Shown here one piece after another: positions 34,935 to 47,400 of a stretch of DNA of 64,000 bases; positions within the stretch are counted from its first letter, which is position 1; each line of letters starts with the position of its first letter. This DNA is from Patescibacteria group bacterium (GTDB taxonomy: Bacteria > Patescibacteriota > Patescibacteriia > UBA1558 > GWA2-36-10). The notes under the pieces are model-generated. The model was not told the origin of the DNA. It searched no databases and worked only from the letters and a program-made list of their open reading frames with translations. The DNA lies in the NCBI GenBank assembly GCA_041650755.1, contig JBAZKN010000002.1, positions 69,030 to 133,029 of the forward strand, in the 5' to 3' direction. Made by a program: the position numbers and the translations under genes.

Positions 34935-37796
34935 ATGGTGAAAATAGGCAAATACAATCACGAGAAAATTGAGGCGGTTTGGCAAAAGAGATGGCAAGAT
35001 AGCCGAGCTTTTGTCGTTCCAGATTCTGGCAAGGATAAATTTTATGGCTTAGTGGAGTTTCCTTATCCCTCCGGCGAGGGTTTGCATACTGGGCATTTGC
35101 GTTCTTATACAGCCCTGGATGTGATTTGCCGCTATCAACGTTTGCAAGGTAAGAATGTTTTGTACCCCATGGGCATGGACGCTTTTGGTTTGCCAGCCGA
35201 AAACTATGCAGTCAAAAAAAATATTCCGCCCCAGGAGACCACTAAGAAGAATATAGCTAATTATATTCGCCAGCTGACTAGCACCGGCTGCAGTTTTGAT
35301 TGGTCCAGATTTTTGGCGACCACTGATCCGGATTATTATCATTGGACACAATGGATTTTTATTCAGCTTTGGGAAAATGGGTTGGCTTATAAGGCTAAAA
35401 AAAATATAAATTGGTGCCCGGCTTGCCAGATTGGTCTGGCTAACGAAGAGGTGATTAACGGCCACTGTGAGCGTTGCGGTAGCCAGGTCACTAAAAAAGA
35501 AAAAGAGCAGTGGCTTTTGAAGATTACCAAATACGCTGATCGTCTGATAGAGGGTTTGGATGGGGTTGATTTTTTGGAGCAAATAAAATTACAGCAAAAA
35601 AATTGGATTGGCAGATCAGAGGGTGCAGAAATTGATTTTGTTATATCAGACAGCCAGGAAAAATTAAAAGTTTTTACTACCAGGCCAGATACTTTGTTTG
35701 GTGTGACTTTTATGGTGGTAGCGCCGGAGCACCCTGTTATTTATAAGCTGGAAGATAAAATAAAAAACTTGGGTGAAGTCAAAAAATATATTGTGGCCAG
35801 CCGCAAAAAAAGTGATTTGGAAAGAGCTGACTTGGCTCGTGAAAAAACCGGTATAGAGCTAAAGGGCTGGCGGGCCATAAATCCTATTAATCAGGAAAAA
35901 ATTCCTATTTTTGTGGCTGATTATGTGACTATGGGTTATGGCACGGGGGCCATCATGGCTGTGCCGGCTCATGACCAGCGAGATTGGGAATTTGCCAAGA
36001 AGTATAAATTACCTATCAGGGAAGTGATCGTGCCATTGCGCATAGATAAGAAAAACCCGCCAGTCAAGGGTAAGCGGAGTGTAATTCGCCGCACAGTGCA
36101 TGCCTTGGTATTTAATCCTAAAAACGGCCAAGTTTTGTGCCTGAAATGGAAGCAGCATCCTTGGACGGGTTTCATAGTTGGCGGCGTAGATGATGAAGAA
36201 GATATAGTCGCAGCGGCTCGCCGTGAAGTTTATGAAGAGACTGGCTACAAAGATTTGAAATTTGTCAAAAGCCTGGATGGCCAGGTAAGGGGGGAATATT
36301 TTGCCGCCCATAAGGATGAGAATAGAATAGCCTATACTACGGCTGTAGTTTTTGAGCTAAGCAAAGATAAGCCAGACGATATTTCTCCGGTTGAGCAAGC
36401 CAAGCATGAGCCTATTTGGCTTGACCTAAAAAATATTACTCCAGAAAATTTTACTTGCGCTGAACTTGATTTATGGATGGAGCGCCTGCAACAAACCAAA
36501 AACAGTGTTTATAGCGGTGATGGCGTTTTGATTAATTCTGGAAAATATGATGGCTTGGATACCAAAGCAGGAGCAGATGCAATCAGCCGAGACATCAAGG
36601 CCAAGCAGACTGTCAATTATCGCCTGCATGATTGGATTTTTTCGCGGCAAAGATATTGGGGTGAACCCATACCCATGGTTTTTTGTGAAAAATGCGATTG
36701 GCAGCCGATAGCCGAGAAAGATTTGCCGGTGGTTTTGCCGGATATAAAAGATTTTAAGCCCGGTCCCGATGGCCAGTCGCCTTTATCAAAAGTAGGGGCC
36801 TGGGTAAATACTACCTGTCCCAAGTGCGGTGGTCCAGCCAAGCGCGAGACTGACACCATGCCCAACTGGGCAGGCTCAAATTGGTATTTTATCCGCTATA
36901 CTGATCCTAAAAATAAAAAACAATTATCTGACCCTAAAAAAATAAAATATTGGCTGCCGGTTGATTGGTATAATGGCGGCATGGAACACAATACTTTGCA
37001 TTTATTGTATTCCCGTTTTATTTTCAAATTTTTATATGATATCGGCGTCATCCCCAAAGAGGTCGGCGATGAACCATATAGAAAACGCACTGCCCAAGGA
37101 ATGATTTTGGGCGAGGGCAATGTCAAAATGTCCAAATCCCGCGGTAATGTGGTCAACCCCGATGATTATGTGAAAAAATACGGGGCTGATACCCTGCGGC
37201 TCTATATAATGTTTATGGGCCCGTTTGATCAGGCTATTGCCTGGGATGATAAAGGAGTTTTGGGCGTGCATCGTTTTGTCAATAAAATTTGGAATTTACA
37301 AGCCAAAGTGGTTAAAAATCATGAGTCTGCCCCTGAAGTTTTACAGTTATTTAACCAAAGTATAAAAAAAATCGGTGACGATATTTTGAGCATGCACTTC
37401 AATACAGCTGTTTCCCAGTTGATGATATTGGCCAACTTTTTGGATAAACAGTCGGCTATTGATCAAGGGCTTTGGGCCAAGTTGTTAGTGTTGATGTCGC
37501 CCTTTGCTCCTCATCTGGCCGAAGAATTGTGGTCGTTTTTGGGCAATAAAGAAGGTCTGAGTTTTGCCCATTGGCCAGAGTACGATAAAAATTTAGTGAA
37601 GAAACAAATGGTCACAGTAGCTATTCAGATAAATGGTAAGCTGCGCGATACCATTGAACTACCTTTAGATACAGCTGATAGCCAGGCATTGCAGCAGCAG
37701 ATTTTACAGCGTGAGAAAGTCCTCAAAGCTATACTAAATAGACCAGTCAAAAAATTTATCTACGTAAAGAATAAAATTATAAGCATTGTGGTTTAG
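34935..37796 (+). CDS. leuS: Leucine--tRNA ligase with inserted Nudix domain
   Basis: FPYPSG.GLHTGH, FTTRPDT, GTGAIMAVPAHD, SRQRYWG, KMSKS; Nudix box GGVDDEEDIVAAARREVYEETG. Confidence 0.96.
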   Translation: MVKIGKYNHEKIEAVWQKRWQDSRAFVVPDSGKDKFYGLVEFPYPSGEGLHTGHLRSYTALDVICRYQRLQGKNVLYPMGMDAFGLPAENYAVKKNIPPQETTKKNIANYIRQLTSTGCSFDWSRFLATTDPDYYHWTQWIFIQLWENGLAYKAKKNINWCPACQIGLANEEVINGHCERCGSQVTKKEKEQWLLKITKYADRLIEGLDGVDFLEQIKLQQKNWIGRSEGAEIDFVISDSQEKLKVFTTRPDTLFGVTFMVVAPEHPVIYKLEDKIKNLGEVKKYIVASRKKSDLERADLAREKTGIELKGWRAINPINQEKIPIFVADYVTMGYGTGAIMAVPAHDQRDWEFAKKYKLPIREVIVPLRIDKKNPPVKGKRSVIRRTVHALVFNPKNGQVLCLKWKQHPWTGFIVGGVDDEEDIVAAARREVYEETGYKDLKFVKSLDGQVRGEYFAAHKDENRIAYTTAVVFELSKDKPDDISPVEQAKHEPIWLDLKNITPENFTCAELDLWMERLQQTKNSVYSGDGVLINSGKYDGLDTKAGADAISRDIKAKQTVNYRLHDWIFSRQRYWGEPIPMVFCEKCDWQPIAEKDLPVVLPDIKDFKPGPDGQSPLSKVGAWVNTTCPKCGGPAKRETDTMPNWAGSNWYFIRYTDPKNKKQLSDPKKIKYWLPVDWYNGGMEHNTLHLLYSRFIFKFLYDIGVIPKEVGDEPYRKRTAQGMILGEGNVKMSKSRGNVVNPDDYVKKYGADTLRLYIMFMGPFDQAIAWDDKGVLGVHRFVNKIWNLQAKVVKNHESAPEVLQLFNQSIKKIGDDILSMHFNTAVSQLMILANFLDKQSAIDQGLWAKLLVLMSPFAPHLAEELWSFLGNKEGLSFAHWPEYDKNLVKKQMVTVAIQINGKLRDTIELPLDTADSQALQQQILQREKVLKAILNRPVKKFIYVKNKIISIVV

Positions 37797-37800
37797 ATAA

Positions 37801-38421
37801 ATGAAGGAAATCATTCTGACCAATAAAAACAGAATAGAAGTTTTGCAGGCCGCTTTGGGCGTTCTGCAAAATGACGGCGTGATTATTTATCCCACGGAAA
37901 CATCTTATGGTCTGGGAGCGGATTTTTTCAGCCCCACGGCAGTTAAAAAAGTATATCAAGTCAAAGGACGGGATAAAGACAAGCCTTTGTCGGTGATTGT
38001 GTCAGATTTTGTTTATGCCAGCTCTCTGGTGGATTTTAATCATATAGCCAGAAGTCTGGCCACACAGTATTGGCCTGGTCCCTTGACCTTGGTTTTACCC
38101 TTCAAACACCATCATTGGCAGGATTATTTTGATAAATTTTTGGCTTTGCGGGTTTCTAGCTTAGCTCTAGCCCAGACCATAGCGGCATTGCTTGCTTGTC
38201 CATTGGTAGCTACCTCTGCCAATATTTCTGGCAACTCTCCTAGCTATCGAGTTGACGATATCAGGCAGCAATTTGCTAAAGCAAAATATCAGCCAGATTT
38301 ATTTATCAACGCGGGTGATCTAGAAGTTAATCAGCCTTCCACCATGATAAAATGCGAGAGGGATAGCGCCACTATTTTGCGGCAAGGCGCGCTGCAGGTC
38401 AATCTTAATTTATTTAAATAA
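37801..38421 (+). CDS. tsaC: L-threonylcarbamoyladenylate synthase (TsaC/Sua5)
   Basis: YPTETSYGL, K.R...KPL, WPGPLTLV, TSAN.SG, PST. Confidence 0.93.
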   Translation: MKEIILTNKNRIEVLQAALGVLQNDGVIIYPTETSYGLGADFFSPTAVKKVYQVKGRDKDKPLSVIVSDFVYASSLVDFNHIARSLATQYWPGPLTLVLPFKHHHWQDYFDKFLALRVSSLALAQTIAALLACPLVATSANISGNSPSYRVDDIRQQFAKAKYQPDLFINAGDLEVNQPSTMIKCERDSATILRQGALQVNLNLFK

Positions 38422-38427
38422 AAACAA

Positions 38428-39609
38428 ATGTTACATCTGGGTTTTTTTCAGACTCTTTTCCCGGAGCGCATGCAGCGCCAAGTGAAAGAGCTTTTTATTT
38501 CATCTGTCTTGGTTAATTTTGCTTTAGCCCTAGTCATGCTTTGGGAGCCGGTTTATTTATATCAGATAAATTATCCCTTACAAAAAATAATTTTGTTTTA
38601 TTTATTGACTTACCTTGGCTACATGCTCACCATGCCTCTGGGAGCCAAATTTGCCAAGCGTTATGGCTATGAACCTAGCATTGCCATAGGCGTCTGCCTG
38701 TTTGCTTTTTATTATTTAGGGTTATATCTGATAAAGGATTATCCTTTCCTGTTTTACGTTGTGCCGTTTATCTTTACCTGGCAAAAGACTTTTTATTGGC
38801 CGGCTTATCATGCCAATTTTGCCCGTTTTTCTGAAGCAAAAGAGGAGGGTAGAGAAGTCGGGGTTATGACAGTCATTACTTCGGTGGTATATATCATTGG
38901 GCCGGCTCTGGCTGGTTTTATCATTGCCCAGTTCGGCTATGCGGCCTTGTTTATTTTTGCTGCTGTGGTATTTTTCGCTTCCAATATACCCATGATGATT
39001 ACCAAAGAATCTTTTACTCCCGAAGGTTTTTCTTTTACCATTGTTTATAAGCAGCTGGTTAGTAAAATTAACCGAAAGTCATTGTTAGCTTATTTGGGTT
39101 TTGGTGAAGAGTTTATCGTCTTGGCAATTTGGCCTATTTTTATTTCTTTGATTATCACTAATGTTTTTGATATGGGCGTGGTGGTGGCTCTGGCTACTTT
39201 GGTCACCACTGTTATTACTTTGTATGTCGGTAAATTATCTGATCGCGGTCAAGATCACCGCATCCTTTCTTTGAGCAGCGCTTTTTATAGCCTGTCTTGG
39301 TTTATCAGGATTTTTGTAAACAGCGCGACTGGAGTTTTTTTCTTAGATACCTTATCGCGCCTAGGGAAAAATACTATTTCTGTGCCATTGACAGCCATCA
39401 CTTATGAGCGGGCCAAAAGCGTCAAGCCGGATCAGCACCGCCATATCATGAGCAATGTTTTATTTTTTGAGATGAGCTTGGTGGTGGGCAAGCTCTTGGC
39501 TATTATCTTGATTTATCTGGCGTTATTTTTTGTCGCTGATAATATTTTGGCTTTTAAAATCACGTTTATCTTAGCTGGAGCCATGTCATTGCTTTATATG
39601 TTGTTATAG
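38428..39609 (+). CDS. MFS transporter
   Basis: About 12 TM segments, GKLSDR loop motif, GPALAG. Confidence 0.85.
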   Translation: MLHLGFFQTLFPERMQRQVKELFISSVLVNFALALVMLWEPVYLYQINYPLQKIILFYLLTYLGYMLTMPLGAKFAKRYGYEPSIAIGVCLFAFYYLGLYLIKDYPFLFYVVPFIFTWQKTFYWPAYHANFARFSEAKEEGREVGVMTVITSVVYIIGPALAGFIIAQFGYAALFIFAAVVFFASNIPMMITKESFTPEGFSFTIVYKQLVSKINRKSLLAYLGFGEEFIVLAIWPIFISLIITNVFDMGVVVALATLVTTVITLYVGKLSDRGQDHRILSLSSAFYSLSWFIRIFVNSATGVFFLDTLSRLGKNTISVPLTAITYERAKSVKPDQHRHIMSNVLFFEMSLVVGKLLAIILIYLALFFVADNILAFKITFILAGAMSLLYMLL

Positions 39610-39613
39610 TCTT

Positions 39614-40447
39614 ATGACTTCGGCTGAGCTAAAATTCCTATTAAATCGATACAAATTGAGCCCTAATAAGCTGCGGGGGCAGAATTTTTTGGTTGATGAT
39701 GCTATTCTTGATCAAATTATTTATACAGCTCAAAAAAGAGAAGCGGATCTCATTTTGGAGGTCGGTCCAGGCATGGGCGCCCTTACCCAGCGGCTGATAC
39801 TTTTGGGCAAACCGGTAGTTGCTTTGGAAATAGAAAATAATTTTAAACCGCTCCTAGATAAATTGGCGGTAGCCACAGGTAATCTAGAAATTATTTGGCA
39901 GGACATAATGCGCTTGAGCCCTAGACAATGGCAGGATATTTTGGCCAGATATAAAGTTGGGACTTATCAAGTGGTGGCCAATATACCATACTATCTGACC
40001 GGTAAATTTATTCAAAAGTTTATGACTATGCACCCGGCTCCTAGCAGTCTGACCCTGTTGTTGCAAAAAGAAGTAGCGGAGCGCTTAGTCGGCCAGGATA
40101 AAAAAAACAGCTTATTATCTTTGGCGGTTGGATTTTATGGCCAAGCAGAAATAATTTGTCTGGTGGATAAAAAAAGTTTTTATCCCGCGCCGCAAGTTGA
40201 TTCTGCTTTGGTATATATTTATAATGTCAAAGTATGGTCACATCAAGTGGATGAAAAAAAAGTTTGGCAATTGGTCAAACGCGGCTTTGCTCAAAAAAGA
40301 AAAAAACTTTTTAATAATTTATTGACTGACACGCGCCTTGATAGAGAAAAACTGATTGGTGCTTTTGCTGCGATTGGCTTAGATCAAAATGTGCGGGCAG
40401 AAGATTTATCTGTAGAAAATTGGCTAATATTAGCAAAAAAGTTGTAG
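39614..40447 (+). CDS. rsmA: 16S rRNA A1518/A1519 dimethyltransferase
   Basis: GQNFL, LEVGPG.G.LT, VANIPYY, QKEVAER, F.P.P.VDSA. Confidence 0.96.
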   Translation: MTSAELKFLLNRYKLSPNKLRGQNFLVDDAILDQIIYTAQKREADLILEVGPGMGALTQRLILLGKPVVALEIENNFKPLLDKLAVATGNLEIIWQDIMRLSPRQWQDILARYKVGTYQVVANIPYYLTGKFIQKFMTMHPAPSSLTLLLQKEVAERLVGQDKKNSLLSLAVGFYGQAEIICLVDKKSFYPAPQVDSALVYIYNVKVWSHQVDEKKVWQLVKRGFAQKRKKLFNNLLTDTRLDREKLIGAFAAIGLDQNVRAEDLSVENWLILAKKL

Positions 40448-40555
40448 TGTTTAATTTTAGGATAACTTTTTTTTGTTTTAGCGGGCTGTGGCCCGCTTTA
40501 TGTTTTGGAAATTTATTGAATTTATGTTATAATAAAGCTAAATCAAAATGATTTT

Positions 40556-41353
40556 ATGGCTAAAAAATTATACCAGATTGACACTGGCGAAGAAGTTGAT
40601 ATTAAAGATTTGATTAATCAGGATGAGTTGTCCATGCGTGGCGGTGGTCGGCGTAAATTAAGCAAGCAACAGCATCGCGTGCTGTGGCCTTTTTTAATTT
40701 TGAGTTTAGTTTTAGTGATATTTGTCGGTAGCTATTGGTATGGCAATATCAGGCAGTCGGTGCGCTATACTTTGCCGGATTTTATCAAAGAGCAATTGAC
40801 ATCCGACAAGACTGAAGAACAGCAAATCGCCGAATTAAAAAATAAAGACACTGATCACGATAGCCTGACGGATTATGCTGAGCTATATCAATACAATACC
40901 AGCATGTTTTTGGAAGATACCGATAGCGATGGGATATCTGATTACGATGAGGTGACCAAGGGCATGGATCCACTCTGCCCAGAGGGGCAAAGTTGTAGTT
41001 TATTAAAATTGATTACCCCCGAAAGCCACTTGGCTGATGTCTTGCGCGATGTCAGCGTTGATCAAAATCTGACTTTGCAGCAAGCCGCTTTAAATGAGTT
41101 CCGTAAATTTTTGATAGATAATGGCATGAGCAAAGAAGAGGTTGATTCTTTGAGCGATGATGATTTACTATCTATCATTCAGCTGGCCGATGAAGAGAAT
41201 ATATTGCCGGCCGAATCAATGAACGCCTCTACTACTCCCGAGCAAGTGCGAGAATTTTTGCTCAGTCAGCCAGACGCCGATCAAACCAGGATTAAGGAGC
41301 TAAGTAATGAAGAGCTGCTAACCATCAAAGACCAATTATTGAGTGGGCAATAA
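40556..41353 (+). CDS. Membrane-anchored protein with thrombospondin type-3-like Ca-binding repeats
   Basis: One TM then DTDHDSLTD..E and DTDSDGISD.DE...G.DP.CP; acidic helical tail. Confidence 0.75.
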   Translation: MAKKLYQIDTGEEVDIKDLINQDELSMRGGGRRKLSKQQHRVLWPFLILSLVLVIFVGSYWYGNIRQSVRYTLPDFIKEQLTSDKTEEQQIAELKNKDTDHDSLTDYAELYQYNTSMFLEDTDSDGISDYDEVTKGMDPLCPEGQSCSLLKLITPESHLADVLRDVSVDQNLTLQQAALNEFRKFLIDNGMSKEEVDSLSDDDLLSIIQLADEENILPAESMNASTTPEQVREFLLSQPDADQTRIKELSNEELLTIKDQLLSGQ

Positions 41354-41420
41354 TAAAATAAATCATTATAAAAAACGAAAATTAATCACCAGATATATTA
41401 TTAAGTAAATTTTTAACGGG

Positions 41421-44400
41421 ATGAGAGCTTATCAAAAAATATTATTAGGCGTCTTAGTGGCGGTGGTCGCTGCTACTATGATTTTTAGCATCCCAAAACC
41501 TCAGTCAGCTCAAGCTTTGGGTCCATCTTTGCCAAACTTTGTCGAGATAGCTACTTGGGTTTGGACACGTGCTAAATACGCATATCATAAAGTGGAAAGC
41601 GCTTTGACTAGCCAGCTCTTGGTACGCACTGTTGAAACTTATGTTAATAATCTGGCCTATAATATGGCGACCAGTATTGCCACTAATGGTGCAGGCGGTA
41701 AGCCATTATTTGAGACCAAAAGTGTAAAAAATGCCCTAAAACAGGCCCAAGAGGCAGCCGCCGGAGAGTTTATCGGCCAATTGAGCGCTAGCAGCTTTAG
41801 CCAATTGGGCTTTAACCTTTGCGAACCATCTTTGAACGTCAGATTATCTATTACCTTAGGCTTAATAGATTCTACTGCACCGCCAACGCCAAAGTGTAAT
41901 TGGCAAGATGTAAAATCCAAATGGGAGAGATTCGGTAATTTGACTATTTCTGATATGGTCAAATTTCAACTGGATACTGCTCCTAGTAAATATACTAGTC
42001 TTACTCCACTGGAGGGCAGCAGCAGCCGCATAAATGTATGGCAGAATTATGATGATTTTTTCAAGAGTTTTTCCTTGGAACAAAGTGATTGGGGTGTTTT
42101 TGGTAAATTGAATGAGGCTTATGAAAAAGCTCAACAAGATGCTGTGGCTGCCAAAGACACCTATCTTAAAATCTGCAATGGCTATCTAAATAATGAGACT
42201 ACTGTTAGTGAAGATGTCAAAACCACCTGTAAAGCAATAGTGGATTCACAAGGCGCGGCTTTGGCAACTTTGGCAGTGTCTGATATAGAAAAGATAAAAT
42301 TACCATCTCAGGTCAGCTCGCCCAACCCGAATTTGAGTCAGGTCATGAAGAATGCCGGCAAGTATTTTATCAGTACTCTAGCTTCCAAGTCACAGCCTAT
42401 TTTCTTGAAGCTGGTAAATAAATGGCTAAAAGAAGGCATGGCCTCTTTTGTGTCTTTATTTAAAAGTAATCAATCTTTGCGCGATGATCTTTTGGCTCAA
42501 TTGCGGGGAGGGGCAGATCTCTATCAGCCGCGCGGTGTAGATTTTTATTCTGAATTTAAAAAGATAGAATTTGACACCGTGGAGTCCTATGGTTTACTGG
42601 ATGATTTTGCCGTTTGTCCAGAAGATACGCAGTATCGTAAACCGGACAATTGTGTCATCTCGGCTGATTTTTTACAGGCTGTCAACAGCAAAGTCACCGT
42701 GCAGGAAGCGATCGATAGTGGCTATATCAATGGCGGCTTGCCTTTGGTAGGGCGCGACGATGCTTTGCGTGATAGTAATAGCCAGTGTTATCGGGATGGC
42801 TTGTGTTATAGTAATTTAGTCAAATTACGCAAAGCTAATATTATACCGGTAGGTTGGGAAATGGCCGCTCTCAAGAGCCCCAGTACCAAGCCAGCGACTT
42901 TGCAGCAGGCCATTGATTGTTTTGAAGATGACGCTAGTAAATGTAGCGTGCCGGCTACTGGCCATAATCCATATTATCATTTGATTGACCCTAATTGGAT
43001 TTTGAAAGCGCCAGCTGCTATTTGCAGCGCCTATGTCTACGCCCCAGTTTTGGAAGCACCAGATTCAAGCAATCGGCAGCAATATTGTGCCGACACCAAA
43101 GTATGTTTGCGCGAAGATGATAAAGGTAATTGTCTAGATGGCCAATATGGCTATTGTACCAAGAGTGAAAACATTTGGCGTTTTCAGGGTGATATTTGCC
43201 AAGATGGAGATATCTATAGCGGTTGTTTGACTTTTTCTGGCGCCAGCCGGCCGATACAATCATATTTAGAACAATCCTTAAGTTATTGTACGGCCGATCA
43301 GGTAGGCTGCCAGCGCTATTCCCAAGAGAAGAATGATGATGGCGAGTGGGTATTCCAAAGTATCGGTGCTGATGACAATGATTTATTTTTAAATAAACAG
43401 GCTCAAACTTGTTCAGCAGCTGAAAATGGTTGTTCGGAATTTATTATAATGGCGGCAGACAGTGGAGCAAATTTATTTGCCAACGGTGATTTTGAGATGG
43501 ATAGCGACAGCGACTTGTTGCCAGATGGATATGCAGTTTTTGACGTTGCTTCTGTGCCATTATTTGCGCCATATTTAGTATCTGGTCAAGGGGTGGATAA
43601 TTCCAACGCCGCGTTATCTAGAATCGGAGCGGGTAATGCTTGCCGCCGCATAGATGTTTTCCCCAATACTTTATATAATTTTTCCGCCTCCTTTAAGCAA
43701 TCAAGCATAGTTTCTCAAGCAGAAATATTATTACAATCTTGCACTAGCGCGAATAGTCAGCCTGGTAATATCAGCTCACCCGATGGGTCTTTTACAGTAT
43801 TTAATGATGGGGGCAGTACTTTCCCACCAAATAAAGGTTATGTCAGGTTGGAATCCACTGAGTATAATAATACTGGTTATACCCGTGTTGCCGGTACTAT
43901 CAATTCCGGTGATTCAGTTTCTTGTTGGGTATGCGCCGGCGGCGTAAATGAATATCAGTATGTGGATAATTTAAAAGTAGAAATAGTCAGTCAGCCGAAA
44001 GCAGAAGCGAATTATTCTGCTTATGGTGCCGGTGCCAAGATAGTTTTAAATGGCTCTCGCAGCATGTGCACTGCCCAAGAAGTTGGTTGTCAAGGATATA
44101 CTCCTAGTAATGGTGATCCAATGATTCCGGCTGTCATCAATCAGACAGATCTATGTCCGTCACAATGCGTCGGCTATGCTAGTTTTGCTCAGCAGACAGA
44201 TATTTTTGATGCCGTCGATCCTTTGAGCAGCAATGAAGTAGAATATTATAATTTTATTCCTAAAGATAAAAACACCAAGACTTGCCCAGCCCAAGCAGTT
44301 GGCTGCGAGGAGTTCACTAATCTTGATGAAGTAGCTAAGGGAGGAGAGGGCAAAGAATATTATACTTATCTCCGTCAATGCGTGGCGGAAGATCTGGGGC

Positions 44401-47400
44401 ATACTTATTATACTTGGGAGGGTTCTGATGTAGCCGGCTATCAGATTAAGACTTGGCTGGCTTTGTCTAGCAATAGCGGTGGCCCCTGTACCAATGTCGC
44501 CCCAGCTGGTGATGTCTGTCTGGATGACTCTAGCCCGAGTACAGCAGCAGCGATTTGTACAGCTACTGAAGCGGCTACTGACCCAAATTGTCGGCAGTTC
44601 TTTGATTCGGACGGGACATCCTATTATCGTTATCAAAATAGAATAATTTTTGCTAGCGGCGATTGTCACGATTATCGCCGCACGGCCACAGGCAGCACCT
44701 TTAGAGCCATTCCTTCATTGAGCACGCAGTGTGAGGCCCAGTACAAGGATTGTCGCTCTTATTATGGCAATACAGCCAATAATGTTTACCAGATTCTTAG
44801 CGATAACTTTGAACAGAATGTCTACTCACCTTGGCAAGCATATCTAGCCACGATTGACTTGTCTCCAGAGTCTTTGGAAAATAATGGCCATTCTTTGAAG
44901 ATAGTCAAGAGCGGTAATTGGGCAGACATATATCGCCCCTTAGGCATAGCTCCGGAAAATAATAAACAATATCAGGTCTCTTGGTGGATGAAAAATGATG
45001 CGCCGCTAAATTATGTCAGGGTGCGCCTAGTGCCATCATATAATGGCGGCGGTTATGTCAGATTTAGAGTCAAGGACTCATCTGTTATTACTGATGGATT
45101 TTTGGTGAATATTTTAAATGATAGTACTTTAAGCAATGTCAGTGCGGCTACTTGGCATCGGTTTGAAGCCAGCAATACGCTTGATTTCAATGATATCGTC
45201 TTAGATGCTGGCCGTACCCTAGCTGATATTAATTGGAATAATACGCTTTTGGTCATTGATGCTTCTAACTCTACTAGTAACGATCAATTATTTTTTGATA
45301 ATATAATTTTTAAAGAAGTCAATAGCAGCATTTCTGTTATTAAGAATTCTTGGCAAACACCAATAGCTTGCGACACTCCTTATACTGGTTATTACTTGGG
45401 TTGTCAGACCTACACCGATACCAATAATAATCAATACAATTTACACTCCTTTTCTAGCCTGTGTCGCGTAGAAGCTATTGGTTGTATGCCGGCTATTGAT
45501 ACACATAATTCCAGTAATCCATTTGCCGAGACTTTCAATGCTGGCGATAACTCTGAAATCACAGTACCGGCTGATAATACAACTTATTTGGTGCCGGATA
45601 ATACTAAATATTGCGCTAGCCAATATAAAGGTTGTATGGCCTTGGGTGTGCCAGACCTTACGCAGCCCAGCTATTTGACAACGGTATATAAGATAAATAA
45701 TCCTGATTATTATGGTACGACTTTGTGCCCCAGCACGGCCTTGGGTTGTGATGAATATATTTCCAGTAAGGGCACATATTATTTCCGTGATCCAGGCACA
45801 GAAACTTGTACCTACAAGAAAAATATATCAGTCGATGGCAGTATCGTGTCCGGCTGGTTTAAGACCAGCACCATAAATACCAACTCGCCGATAGCCTGCA
45901 ATGATTACAATAATGACGGATCAATAAATTTGAGCGATTCAGTATTGTATATGCAAGGGGAGCGTCAGGGCGCCCAGGTCTGTTCAATTGATAAAAATTT
46001 ATGCACGGCCTTCGTTGACCCATCGGATCCGCAGAGTTGCACTTTTGGTTATTGTGCCAATCTTTCTGGCACGCCAGAGTCTGGGTATGCCAGCCAGTAT
46101 GCCTGTGAATCCAATCCATCAATGAGATGGGTGCCGGGCACTTGCCAGACTTATTACTATTATAATAATGATAACATTGATAAGGATTCTTGTGCCGGCG
46201 AGGTAGATAAAAATAGTGGCTGCGCTTTGTTTTATGAGGCAAATGATTGGAACGCCGATCACAGTGCCGTCAATGTGACTTATGACTCTACTAAGACTTA
46301 TGATAGCAATGTGTCTACTGGTAAGCCGGTTAGTCCGGTAATTTGCAATAGTAGCCAGGATCCAACCTGCGAATTAGATGCTAATATTCTTCTGAAGGTA
46401 AAGAAAGATCGCCAGTGCGGGGAATGGCTGGCTTGTCGCTCTTCATCAGTGGTTTGGGATAGTGATAATAATAAATATAAAGTAGTTTGCGCTGACTTGA
46501 GTTTATGCAATGAGTTTGATCCGGATAATAATATCACTAAATGCGGCAATTGGGTTGATCCGGGGAACTTGCCGCTGACTGAGGACCTATATCAGAGCCG
46601 CACTACGGGAGCCAATAATCATTTGCAATGGGGCGACATGGACTATACTGGTTTTTCAATACCAGATTTCATGCCGGTTGCTGCTCTGACAGTGGTCAAT
46701 TTTGGCACAGCGGCTAGTCCAAATCCTCGCTTGGTTTACGCTGTCAGCAGCCCGACTTGTCTGCCAAATGGCCGCTCTTGTGATGTGGTTTTGGATGGCA
46801 CGACGTATACCGGCGTTTGTCAGGATCGCCAATGCACCATCAACCCAGATTTATCAAATAATAATTTATTGGTTGATACCCGCGGCTTCACTAGCGCCGA
46901 TGCTCCTTTTCCCATCAGTATTGCTCCTGACCAAAATCAGCTCGATAGGCTGGCAGCTTATGCGGGAGCCAACATGTGCCAATCGATCAATAGTTCTGGC
47001 GTTTCGACGCCAAACGGCTGTGAACTTTCTTATGTAAAATTAACTTATGGCAGTAGCGGTGAAGTGCGCTATTATCCAAAGAATTCACCCACGCCGAATG
47101 GTATCTGCACTTCTGGCGATTTAGATAGCAAGATCGATTGTGTAGATAGCAGTGGTGCGGTCAGAAATAATTTGTGCGACACCTATAATGATGATGGTAC
47201 TTCTCGGGCTGATGGTATGTGCTCCAAAAAAACAAAAGCTGAGACAGTCTATAATTGGCCGGGCATTTGTTTGGAAAAAGATTATAACGCTAAGTTAGTC
47301 AATGATACTGGCGGCAATTTTTATTGCAATCAATGGTATCCAGCCGAACAAATCAACGGCATGAATAGTCTGTATGACAATTATCGTGAGGCCGGGTATT

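Noticed and set aside
36030-36500. Intein in LeuRS
   Set aside because: The insert lacks an N-terminal Cys/Ser and C-terminal His-Asn splice motif and carries a Nudix box instead
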